Positions 13,775-25,500 of a DNA stretch of 64,000 bases are shown here, one piece after another. Origin of the DNA: Phoronis australis (Eukaryota > Animalia > Phoronida). Every line of letters begins with the position of its first letter. The first letter of the stretch is position 1. The notes below the pieces were generated by a model that was given only the letters and a program-made list of their open reading frames with translations, had not been told where the DNA came from and ran no database searches. The stretch lies in NCBI GenBank assembly GCA_002633005.1, contig NMRA01000012.1, positions 1 to 64,000 on the forward strand. The letters run 5' to 3'. The position numbers and the translations under genes were made by a program.

Positions 13775-16700
13775 GTTAATGAAAGTGATGCTGTAAGTGA
13801 TGGAGATGAGAGGGATAATGCCAATGACCCATTGTTCCACAGAGATGATGAAAATGAAGATAGTGAGGATAGTGCTGACCAACAGGAAGTAGGACTCCTG
13901 AAGTGGAAGGACAACTTAGCGGAGAAGGCTGCCCAGTCATTTTTTGAGAGACAGAGCAACACACCCAACTTGAGGAAGCTGGTGTATGGTAATGGTAGGT
14001 TATTGTAATGTTTGTACATTATACGTTGAAATAGATGGTGTGAGAGAGCTTCCAGTAGAACACTCTTTGTGTAATATAATTTTACATGAAGATGATACAT
14101 GTTGGTGGATGATTTGATCCCTGTGATAAAATGATTGTTTGCATTGGTTAAGTGTTAGTTTAAAAATGTTATGAAACAAAGTGGAATCCCTTTGCTAACA
14201 GTCTCCTGCATTTCTCTAAAAATAGTCCACTGTTGTTCAAAACTTTGAATATGCCTTTGAAACGTGTGTGAACTGCTAATTAGAGTTTGCCTGATATTAG
14301 TAATTGTTCCATTTGGGATTTAGTAAGAGAACATAGTTTGGTTGTTATTTCAGTGGCTGAGGTGTCAGAATCTGACTCTGATGAAGATGCAGAAGAGGTC
14401 GGTGGTTTGTTCACTCTAGCTAAGAAACCTAAGCACAAAGCGTCTGGTCCGAGTAGAGTGGATGACACAGATTGTTCAAGGCTTGGAAGTCAGGCGGGGG
14501 GCAAGGACTGGGAGTTGGATGAAGTCATGGACTCCATCAGGGACTGCTTTGTGACGGGGAAGTGGGATAAGTCAGAGGATGCTAAAACTCTGCTTGACCA
14601 GGACGGTTAGTGTAAACATAATGACGCGATGATGATATGTTAAGTAGATTGATTTTAATAAAACTTTAAGTGTGGTGAAAATTGAAGAAGTGCAAACCTG
14701 AAATACTTTTACCATGATTGTGTAGACACAAATTTTTGAAAATTTATGTTGTCATTCTTCACAATGAAATTGGACTGGTACCATGTGATTCAATGCAAGT
14801 ATGAAATCATCGGTTCTCTTCTATTTGACATCCAGATGAGCTCTATGGCGACTTTGTTGACTTGGAGACAGGTGAGGTGCATGAAGTTGAGGCTAATGAC
14901 CCAGGGAGTGATGAAGCCAGTGAAGAAGATATATCCGACAGTGGTGGATCTGACAAGGAGGAGGAAGGGGCAATGGAGGAAAAGGAAGATAAAGGTTAGT
15001 CAAGAGATATTCTCATGAAAACCTGTCAAAAGATGGCTTTTGGGGTAGTGAGCCTTCCTCCCTTGCATCTTATGGACATTTTTGATAACAGCGTTTACTT
15101 AGTTTGTTGTGAGTAGGTGTCAGTGATAAAAGAATGGTACAGAAAATCATAATTATTTTCTAGACTGACTGATTTAGAGATCGTGGAAATAGATAATGAT
15201 GGTGTTAAAGAAAAAAGAAAGGCATTTGTGTGTGGTTCATCAAGGAGAGTCTGGCTAGTCTGATTTTTACAAGCTAACACACTTAACTGTTCATCAGCAC
15301 AGTCTTCGTGTAAAGTGGTTGCACAAACATTTTAGTTGTTGAGAAGTGAGTTACAAAAATTTAATTCGTAGTAGCTCATAATTGTATCTTGATTAGAACC
15401 ATCTTCATTTTTGTTATTCTTCGGCGGTGGTCTTTAGTTAATCTGACATTACTATGCATGTGTAGAAGAGGTCTCAAAAGGAAGATCCAAGAAGTTGTCC
15501 AGGGAAGAGAGAGCTGCGAAAATGCAGGAGAAACGTGCAGAGAAGAAGCGTAGACTTAAAGAAATGTTTGACAAGGAATATGACGATGCAACAGCTGGAG
15601 AGAAAGGCACGTTTTTTGATGACTTGAAACAGGAAATGGACCAACAGGCCCAGGTGAGAATTTTGGAAGTATCTACTGTTTTTTTTAGTTTTCAGCGCTC
15701 GATGCTTAGCTTAACGCCAAGTCGCATTTGGCGGCTTAGCAAAAATCCTAGATCGCCAAACGAAATCTGAGGTTGCCAAAACTGAAAATCCTAGGTCACC
15801 AAATGAAACCTGAGGTTGCCGATCTGGCGTAAAAATCGTTGACTAAAAGAAGGTTGTACAGTCGTACCATGCCCCGTTCTTAAAAACTTTTGCATACCTC
15901 TCCAATTTCGCCCCATAACTGTACATTTTCTGTTTCTGCTGCCAATGAACATACAAAGAATGCAAGAGATCACATATACTAGTGGTGCTTATGTCTCCGA
16001 TTTTGCCTGATTTTTGACAAACAATTCCGACTTCCGTCTACTTCTTGTTGTAATTTAAGCGCACGTTTGATGATGTGTGCTGACTGCTGTAGTGGCAAAT
16101 GCATTGATTTCACGAAACAAACAGAACAATTGTGAATCAAAGGTAATCAATCATGAAAACTGTTAGTAATTTGATACTCACAGTGGCAACTTTGTGGTGA
16201 CTTGACATTTCTCCCAGGTCGTCAAACACTATCTGAGGATGCATCGGCAACCTGGAGGTCGCCAAATTGAGCGCTGGTTGTAATTGTATCTGCTGGATAA
16301 TTTTTGAAGTAGCGATAAAGCTAACTTCTACGTCAAGAACTGAGTCGGACTTTATTTAGATGACATAGCGTTATGAGTTCCTTAGTAAAATTAGAAGTGA
16401 TTTCTAGGCTTAGAAGTAACAGATAGTTATTTACTGCTTAAGAGCAGACTCTCCAACTTGGCTTGTTGTGGTAAGCCATGTTATGTGCCTAAGCATGTTC
16501 TTGAGTAATAACAAACTATTTATTTTGAAATCAAAATAACACTTCTCTGTTTTCAGCTCGGTACAATTTGAGATCAATTTTATAATGGGGGATGACCTAT
16601 TGAAAACTTAGTTTGACAGAGCATGAGTTCATAGTGGCTTTGATAGAAGACCGTGTGTTAAAACGCATTAGTGAATGTTGTTGCATTGAATTGTAGCCTC

Positions 16701-19700
16701 TAATTGTTATCATTGAAGTGCTGGTGCAAACAAAACAAAAATTAATTTCAGGCTGCTTTCCTGGGACATTATCCTCGATTCTGTTGATGATAGTAAGGGT
16801 TTGCTCTGCTTTTCTCTTGCTCTCTTGCAGTGAAATTGAAATAGAAAACTTAATGTCTATATTCAAAGGGATTACGTTGAGACTCAGGAAACAATCTATC
16901 CATCCAATTATTTCAGATGTTGTGTGTTCAAGTTGCTTTAGTTTTGATATCCTCTGTAAAGATCATTGTGTCTTTGCAGCTGAACAGAAGTGAATTTGAA
17001 AATCTTGACGATGATGTACGAGTGCAGTATGAAGGATTTCGCCCAGGGATGTATGTGCGAGTGGAGATTGAGCAGGTGCCTTGTGAACTGGTGACGACTT
17101 TTAACCCCACCTACCCGCTTATACTTGGAGGTCTGCTCAGCTCTGAGGATGGAATAGGATATGTTCAGGTAACTATAATAAATTAGTCTTTACCTAACAC
17201 AATGACAGGGAACATGTTGACACAGCATAAGTTGATCCGAGTCAGCTCCTGTCCACATGGCAACTTGATGGTACTGGGAGGAAGCTGCTCAGCTTCACAA
17301 TGGCAGTGTGTTAATGCTATTGTGAGTGCGAAGGTGGCCTATTGTACATGATGGTATTCTAATCACTCAAAATTTTATAGCAATGTCTTAAGCAAAATAT
17401 ACCGAAAGTTTGATAGTGTGTCCATAATGATTTTTATCCGACCTTTATTATTGTTCTGTAAAAACACCAAAGAAGTGTTTCCCGTGTGGGCTATTATAAG
17501 TAAATTCATTCAGTAAATTGTTTAAAACATCAACTACAAGTTATAAGATCTTTCTCGTTTGTGTGTAGGTGAGATTAAAAAAGCACAGGTGGTACAAGAA
17601 AATCCTAAAGACGCGTGACCCTCTTATCATATCCTTGGGTTGGCGGAGGTTTCAGACGATACCCATTTACTCAATCCAAGACCACAACATGCGCAACCGT
17701 TTGTTGAAGTACACACCCGAACATATGCACTGCCATGCCACCTTTTGGGGCCCGATCACACCACAGAACACAGGGCTGCTGGCTGTTCAGAATATTGCCG
17801 GACAAGTGGTAGGTTGTAGACATGAATTGCACAGATTTGTACTTAGTTTGGCACAAGTTTTTGCAAGTCTAAAAGTTATACTGTTGTAATTGTAACAATT
17901 CTGTAGTGAGTGCGTAAAATTGAGCTTTCTATCAATATGCACAAAGTGCAAAAAAATATTTCTCAAGGTGTGTAAAACTGCATCGTATTTATACTTCAAA
18001 ATTCATGTATTTGAAGAACAAATCTTGAGCCATGATAATGTTCATGGTTAATCACTTGTAAATCTTGTAAAATTTTATTATTTTTGTATCACTGTTTTTT
18101 TCTCAGCCCGACTTCCGCGTAGCTGCCACCGGTGTTATTGTCAAACTAGACAAATCAATGACCATCGTGAAGAAGCTCAAACTGACTGGCACACCCTACA
18201 AGATCTACAAGAAGACTGCCTTCATCCAAGGCATGTTTAACTCCAAACTGGAGGTGGCTCGCTTTGAGGGTGCCAACATACGGTCCGTGAGCGGCTTGAG
18301 GGGTCAGATCAAAAAGGCTGTGCATTCCCCAGAAGGGTGCTTCAGGGCTACGTTTGAGGACAAGCTACTACTGAGTGGTATGTGGTGTGTTGTTTATTGA
18401 ACATTCCACTATGTTGTTCAATAGTAGTAAATTCATGAAACTGTAGTGCTCTAAAAATATCTCAAACTCAAGGCTAAAAAATGAGTCAGGAGCCAATCTA
18501 CTAACTTATAATTTGTGACAGCATAATTTGAAGAGTGAAACAACCCCTTGATAGGTTTTTGACATCTTCACTGATCAGTCATGTAAAAATGGCTCTCGGT
18601 GTTACACCAAATATCAATGTTCGTGGTTTCACACTATCGGTGACTCAATTATCCATTGATTCATGCATGTAGAAATTGCAGTGGACATTAATTACCATTG
18701 TGGTAGTCAGCCAATTTCCTTAAGCTATCATGGTAAGAATGCCCAGATTCTTCCGAGGCATAGTTTTGTAGCTTTTGTTATCATAGCCAATAAGTTGGGT
18801 TTCAATTGAAATCACATTCCTTCGGTCTGTTCTTCCATGGCATCTATACAAAACCTTCTGAAGGCCTCTTCTCCACAGCTGTGTAAATAATGTCCTCTAT
18901 GATCGTTTCAGACATTGTGTTTGTAAGAACATGGTACCCTGTCCAGGTGCCACACTTCTACAACCCAGTCACTACATTACTGCTACCCCCTGACCTCAGA
19001 CTACAGTGGTGTGGTATGAAGACCACTGGCCAACTACGTAGAGAGAAAGGCCTGAAGGCTAAGGTCAATACAGACTCGCACTATAAGGTAATCTTTCTCC
19101 ATCGGAAAGTTTTTTCTCATAAGCAGCAAGTATTCATTGATCATAATCATTGTGTTGGGCATTGAGTCCGTTATTAAAGGAATCATGATTATGAAGTTTT
19201 AAAGGTAAAAATAATTTTTCATGTGTTACACATTCTGTAAAACCAGTTATCAACTTTTCTCCATGTGTTGCAATTCCTCTGTAGCCAACTTTGAACGTCC
19301 ATAAGTTTATAGACTGTGCACTTCTCTCTCACATGAGGACCGATGATTCCCAGTAGAATAGTAGAAATAAAAGTATATACTATGCAAATGTACACACAAT
19401 TATATTTCAGCCTATTGAAAGAAAAACTAAAGTGTTCCATCCACTGACAATTCCCAGAGAACTTCAGAGGAATTTGCCTTTCAAAGACAAACCTAAAGTC
19501 AGTAGAAAGGTGGTGGATCATGTGATGAGTCAGAGAGTAGCTGTGGTGCAGGAACCCAAGGAAAGAAAGGTATGCGTGGTAGAGCACATAGGAATGTTAA
19601 GGTTTTGCACTTTGTACCAATCTAGTATAGCCAATATTCAGTTCCGGAACAGATCTGATGGGACATCAAAACGTTTTCCTCAAATTTGTGAAATGGACAT

Positions 19701-20608
19701 AAATCAAAAGAATGGGAGAAAAATACTTCTTGGTTGCGTTAGTGCCTATCAAATTGAATTCCTTTGGCACATTTAGGAAACCGTTAACATATGCTTTTAA
19801 GGGTTAAAGATGGAGAGTTGTAGTTATATTTCATGAAATTTGAAAGGACTTTATTATTGGCAATCACTTTAAAATGATAGTGTCATACTCGGCAGTGTTG
19901 TTTTTCTTCTTAATTTCTGCTCTTTGACATTGGTCGAATAACATGCCTTACAAGCAAATGCATTTTGACCAAATCTGATTATTGCTGTCTTATTTACAAG
20001 AGTTGGCATCAGTGTTCTTCTTAGGCATTGGCGTCATTAAATTACCTTTGGCTATCAATTAGTTAAAGTGAATGGCTCAGTTTCTCAGTATTGTTACATA
20101 CTTGTACTAGAGACCTATTACCTCCCACCCCTAGTGGTCTACCTTTTGGGGTGCACGCACGTGAGCACACATGAACACTTTCCTTTGCACTTTTATGTTA
20201 CAGGTTAGCTGTTAACAGGATGCAGTTATCTGAATAGAAGATTTTTTATGTGTATTGGTTTTTACTGCAGAATAAAGGCTGGATTACATATCACTGTTGA
20301 AACCAAAGATCATGGTAATTAGAATGAATGTTCGGTACTTTATAAAATTAGAAAAGTTTTGTTTCTGCCCTAAAGTGAAATTCTTTTCTTTGTTTTAGAT
20401 TTCTCAGCTGATGAAAATGATGAAAACGGTTTACGAACACAAGATGAAAACGAAACATGCTGAAATGCGGAATCGGGCTCGCCAACATCAGAAAGAGACT
20501 GCCAAAGTGGACGCAAAACGTGCACAGAAACAGAAGGAAGTAAAGAAGCAGATCTTTCGTGTTCTTGGTCAGATAGAGAAAAAGAAGTCCAGGCATCAGA
20601 AGGACTAA
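5078..20608 (+). CDS. BMS1: Ribosome biogenesis GTPase BMS1, 18 coding exons
   Basis: Exons with GT-AG junctions: 5078-5244, 5861-6051, 6509-6777, 7257-7399, 8658-8779, 10346-10548, 10997-11130, 12711-12864, 13205-13994, 14354-14605, 14836-14994, 15466-15653, 16980-17168, 17569-17808, 18107-18377, 18912-19087, 19411-19569, 20399-20608. Recognisable peptides: RNPKAF; [31 protein letters not shown] (P-loop); [28 protein letters not shown]; [18 protein letters not shown]; [20 protein letters not shown]; acidic middle region; [29 protein letters not shown]; [12 protein letters not shown]; [10 protein letters not shown]; GLRGQIKKA. Confidence 0.96.
8835..9014. repeat. 180-bp fold-back palindrome (MITE-like) in BMS1 intron 5
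   Basis: Arms of about 75 bp: GAAAACATGACTTAACTTTTTGTTTGAAAACTTGATACAGA...CAATCTCCTT pairs with AAGGAGATTG...TCTGTATTAAGTTTTCAAACAAAAAGTTTAATCGTGTTTTC. Confidence 0.8.
9675..10195. mobile_element. MITE with CAGGGCTTG TIR and 6-bp TSD (hAT-like), copy 2, in BMS1 intron 5
   Basis: CAGGGCTTGGAA...TTTCAAGCCCTG flanked by TTTCTT on both sides; same orientation as 3416-3952. Confidence 0.85.
11218..12512 (+). mobile_element. Non-autonomous Helentron (HINE/DINE-1/pearl-type) with internal tandem array, BMS1 intron 7
   Basis: T-rich ends; subterminal inverted motif ATGCACC (near 11226) versus GGTGCAT (near 12468 and 12480); (GTCC)n microsatellite near 11271-11305; about 8 subunits of ~140 bp arranged as a ~425-bp higher-order repeat; short 3' hairpin CAAC..GTTG before CTCTTGTTT. 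Confidence 0.75.
13735..13772 (+). repeat. (GAT)n coding microsatellite, poly-Asp in BMS1 exon 9
   Basis: Uninterrupted GAT run in frame within the acidic region. Confidence 0.9.
15693..16276. mobile_element. Degenerate hAT-like MITE in BMS1 intron 12
   Basis: CAGCGCTC...GAGCGCTG termini and repeated subterminal GTCGCCAAA/GTTGCCAAA-like motifs; no clean TSD. Confidence 0.5.
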
Positions 20609-20872
20609 AATACAGGCTTAGGACAATGTTTTCATAATACGCTGACTGCAGAAAGTTACACAATTATGAAATACATAAATGACTTTTATTGTATATAATG
20701 AAACTATTTGGCTCCATATATTTTAATTTTTTTATTTTGAAAATGATAAAGCATCAAGTTTAACAAATTCACTTCACATTCAAAAGAATTTGAATCACGA
20801 TTTCAAACATTTTTCATCCTTCATGGGTCATCTTCAGGCCTTTCAGTTTACAATCTAAAACCAAATTAAGGN

Positions 20873-22223
20873 GAGTCAGAGAGTAGCTGTGGTGCAGGAA
20901 CCCAAGGAAAGAAAGGTATGCGTGTTAGAGCACATAGGAATGTTAAGATTTTGCACTTTGTACCAATATAGTATAGCCAATATTCAGTTCCAGAACAGAT
21001 CTGACAGGCCATCAAAACATTTTCCTCAAATTTGTGAAATGGACATAAATCAAAAGAATGGGAGAAAAATACTTCTTGGTTGCATTAGTGCCAATCAAAT
21101 TGAATTCCTTTGGCACATTTAGGAAACCGTTAACATATGCTTTTAAGGGTTAAAAATGGAGAGTTGTAGTTATATTTCATGAAATTTGAAAGGACTTTAT
21201 GATTGGCAATCACTTTAAAATGATAGTGTCACACTCAGCAGTGTTGTTTTTCTTCTTTATTTCTGCTTTTTGAAATTGGTCGAATAACATGCCTTACAAG
21301 CAAATGCATTTTGACCAAATCCGATTATTGCTGTCTTATTTACAAGAGTTGGCATCAGTGTTCTTCTTAGGCATTGGCGTCATTAAATTACCTTTGGCTA
21401 TCAATTAGTTAAAGTGAATGGCTCAGTTTCTCAGTATTGTTACATACTGGTACTAGAGACCTATTACCTCCCACCCCTAGTGGTCTACCTTTTGGGGGTG
21501 CACGCACGTGAGCACACATGAACACTTTCCTTAGCACTTGTTTTGTTACAGGTTAGCTGTTAACAGGATGCAGTTATCTGAATAGAAGATTTTTTATGTG
21601 TATTGGTTTTTACTGCAGAATAAAGGCTGGATTACATATCACTGTTGAAACCAAAGTTAGATCATGGTAATTAGAATGAATGTTCGGTACTTTATAAAAT
21701 TAGAAAAGTTTTGTTTCTGCCCTAAAGTGAAATTTTTTTCTTTGCTTTAGATTTCTCAGCTGATGAAAATGATGAAAACGGTTTACGAACACAAGATGAA
21801 AACGAAACATGCTGAAATGCGGAATCGGGCTCGCCAACATCAGAAAGAGACTGCCAAAGTGGACGCAAAACGTGCACAGAAACAGAAGGAAGTAAAGAAG
21901 CAGATCTTTCGTGTTCTTGGTCAGATAGAGAAAAAGAAGTCCAGGCATCAGAAGGACTAAAATACAGGCTTAGGACAATGTTTTCATAATACGTTGACTG
22001 CAGAAAGTTACACAATTATGAAATACATAAATGACTTTTATTGTATATAATAAAACTATTTGGCTCCATATATTTTAATTTTTTTATTTTGAAAATGATA
22101 AAGCATCAAGTTTAACAAATTCACTTCACATTCAAAAGAATTTGAATCACGATTTCAAACATTTTTCATCCTTCATGGGTCATCTTCAGGCCTTTCAGTT
22201 TACAATCTAAAACCAAATTAAGG
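20873..22223 (+). repeat. Near-identical second copy of 19527-20871 (end of BMS1 exon 17, last intron, exon 18 at 21751-21960, 3'UTR); probable haplotype/assembly duplication
   Basis: Starts right after the N at 20872. The copies differ by scattered SNPs and small indels in non-coding parts; the exon 18 protein is identical. Confidence 0.9.
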
Positions 22224-22562
22224 GAAAATTAGCAACCATTCAAGATGACCTGACATTGAAAACAAGTTGCACTGGTTGATTAAATCCTGATATTTTGATA
22301 AAAATATAAATCACTGGTTATCCTAGTTGAGATGTGTGGGAGATCAAAGTAACCGGGGACGACTTGGTGCAACGATTTGGTTTCCAAGTTCATATTTGCC
22401 TTATCTGTTAAACCTCTTGGAGCAGAGGAACAGTCCATAACATTTTCAAGTACAAAAGATTTAAATTTTTATTAAAAAGTAAACAAAGGACTAGTGCCAC
22501 CAATCACTATCCATAACACTCAAGACTCGATTAACTCAAGACTAACTTAATTAAAGACTCAC

Positions 22563-25500
22563 TTATTTCTTGTCATATTTGTAAAATCCTTCACCCGTCT
22601 TGACACCAAGTTTGCCTTCCGCAACGAGTTTACTCAATAGTGGACTCTCCCTGAACAGGGATTCTTCAGGGTAGTTTTTGGCCCAACCTAGAAAAAAAGT
22701 AAAGAAAATGGCACTTTTAGGCATCACAAACGGCGAGTTTGCCAACAATATGTAAAACAAATTCACATGGTTTCTGGAAGCCCTAACACGCAAACAAAAT
22801 GGTAGTAACATGCAGGGATACTTTGGAACTTGTAATTTGTGTTCTCGTCTGTTTCTTTAATAAAAGACGACTTCAATAAAGCATCAGTTGCAACAAGAGA
22901 ATAAGTTTGCCTTCATGAGTAAGTTCTGCCCAAAACTACTAAAATACAAATACATAGATAGAAGGGAAACATAACTACGCTGATTATCCCCTTATTCAGC
23001 TAAAATAGCTCATTATTCTATTTTTCAAAGGCTGGTTCATTTATAGGGGTCATTTTTGAAAAACACGACTAAGTCGAAAACTCCACAGGGTCTCAAATTT
23101 AGATGACCTGTGTATGGGTCACAGTTTTTTGGACAGCATCTTTTACGTGTGTAATTGTGTCAGTATGTGCACTAGGTATTAATGCTAAATTTGCTCAACT
23201 GGTCTGTATTGCTGTTAAATTGGAATAGCAATGCATTACGTATTGTTCATGTTACAAGCCAAAATAAGGTGATTTGCAAACACAGTTAAAATCCACCAGT
23301 TAGCCACAGTTTAACAATCACATTTCATCAACAAATTTTTTTATGTGTCAGTGATGCGAGGAGCACTCCTAAAAATATACCCCGTTTTGCGTCAAGTAGG
23401 TAATGATAAGTCGAGCAACTTTCATGACATTTGCACAGTACAAATCAAGCTAATAATGAAGTAAAATTTTCTTATTCTTAATTTAATTTTTTATAGAAAT
23501 TCGTCAGCTATAATTTCTCTTGTCCACCATATATTGTATTAAATAAGAGAACTGCCATATTCTGCAATTTCCTCTAAAATTTGTACAAGTTTTGTCAACA
23601 AGCTTTGCCTGCTGTTTTTGCAATTTGATAGCTTTGATGGCATCCAATACGGGCAAATTTTAGCAGACTTCTTAGTCTTTGAATTTGTCTTGTATTCCTA
23701 CAGCGCTTACTTCAGAGATTAATCATTCTCTAAATAAAAAGGGGGCAGCTAATTAACACCAAACCAAGAGTGACAGCAATTAAATATACACACGCAATCA
23801 ACAATATAATTTCCAAAGGGACCGCTCTTGACTGACAAACCTTCCAAGATAAACTTCATGGTGTCTAGTCCCACATAGTCGGACAACTCAAAAGGACCCA
23901 TAGGATAGGCAGCACCCAGTTTCATCCCTGTGTCAATGTCTCTGGCTGAAGCATCACCTAAAATACAGATAATAAAAAACAAATAAAACTTTCAATTAGC
24001 TGCTTTCAAGCCAAAACACATAAAGATAGAATATATATAAACAGGTATTGCATACGCACAGACTGCTGGAACAACTTGATTGCACACCTCAAACTTGATT
24101 TGTGGGATATATATTTCCAAAATTACATAATTGGTAGTTCACGGGCCATATGGGTTAGGTAAGACCTCACTGACATGTCTGTACATTTACCCAGAAATCT
24201 AGAAAAATAAAAAATTAAATCAGCAAAAGTAGGCCTATTTGAAACTAGAAATTTCGTAGAATGTGACTTTTGATTATATGCAAATCTGCCACTAATTAGG
24301 TCACGTGACCTTACTTTTTCAGGAAAATTAACCAAAAAAGAAAGGTATATTCATTGCAAAATAACAGGATCAATGACATGACCAAATTTTGTATGATATA
24401 AATCAATGTTAAACATAATCTCAAAAATACTATTACAGTTTTCTAAAGTTTTGTTTTTGTTTTATGCAACTTTTTGATGAAAATCATACAAACCCTACTT
24501 TTGATAGCCCCTCATGCAAAAGTGGAACATTTGAAAAACAATCTCCAACAGTTTTGTAGAACAGTCTATACAGCATAGTACCTGAAATTTCGATCAGCCA
24601 TTTCTGAGATACAATGTTCCAAAATTGGCCAAAACTGGACAAAACCTAGACACTTCAAAAAATTTCACGGCAAAAAAAAGCTTTCTAAGCATATACCTCT
24701 TGTTGTAGTAATTACCTCTCTCTAACATGCGCACGGCTTCTGCTATATATGGCACCAACAGTCGGTTTACGATGAATCCTGGAGTATCCTGAAAGTTTAC
24801 AAAAGCTCTAATATTAGAGTTAACGTGTTTCAGTCGATTTGAAGCCAGCCAAAGGGCTTATCAATTTGAGCATCAACTGAGATTCCCTAATGCAGCATCC
24901 AACTTGGCAAATGCAATCTCCTCAGATCAGGTTCGGCGACTTCAGTCCTATTGGCCACACTTGTTCTGACTTCTTAGTTTAGTTGCTCAAGTCCCCAAAT
25001 GGAACTTAATTCCATAATTTTCTGCTACTTTTTATGCACTGCAACAAATTGTTGGTGCTTTTGAAATTTCACTGCACATCGAGGCACAAAAACATATTTT
25101 TCAAACTCTTTAGATGAAAAGAGATCACAAGGGTCAGTGTTATAATGAGATTTTAACTCACAATCTCTACATTAGAAGACGTATAGCCCACAAGGCAACA
25201 CTATATCTTCAAAATATCAGTTATAATACATTTCCAACAGCTCTAAGATGTTAGCATAATTTGGTTGTGACATAATTACCTTGCATTCTACTGTTGTTTT
25301 GCCAAGTGCTTTCCCAAATGCTAACAAAGCACTGAAAGTGTCCGGTGAGGTGTCAGCTGTCTTGACAACCTGTGAAGACAGTTAAAAATCAAAAAATCTT
25401 AATTAAATATTTTCCCAACAAAAAGCTTTAACTGACAAATGCCAAGCTATAGGTGTAAACTTCAATCCAAAGAGAAATAACAAAGAGAAATAAAAAAGAG

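Noticed and set aside
13471-14100. 209-aa Ser-rich minus-strand ORF, and similar antisense ORFs such as 29062-29559, 32482-32847, 43660-44211, 55730-56251
   Set aside because: Shadows of real coding exons or TE remnants on the opposite strand.
14629-14701. Candidate intronic C/D snoRNA (ATGATGA...CTGA) in BMS1 intron 10
   Set aside because: No terminal stem and no rRNA-complementary guide that I can recognise; a snoscan or Infernal search would be needed.
21751-21960. Second BMS1 last exon as a real alternative terminal exon or paralog
   Set aside because: Begins exactly at an N and differs only at allele-like levels; most likely an uncollapsed haplotype.
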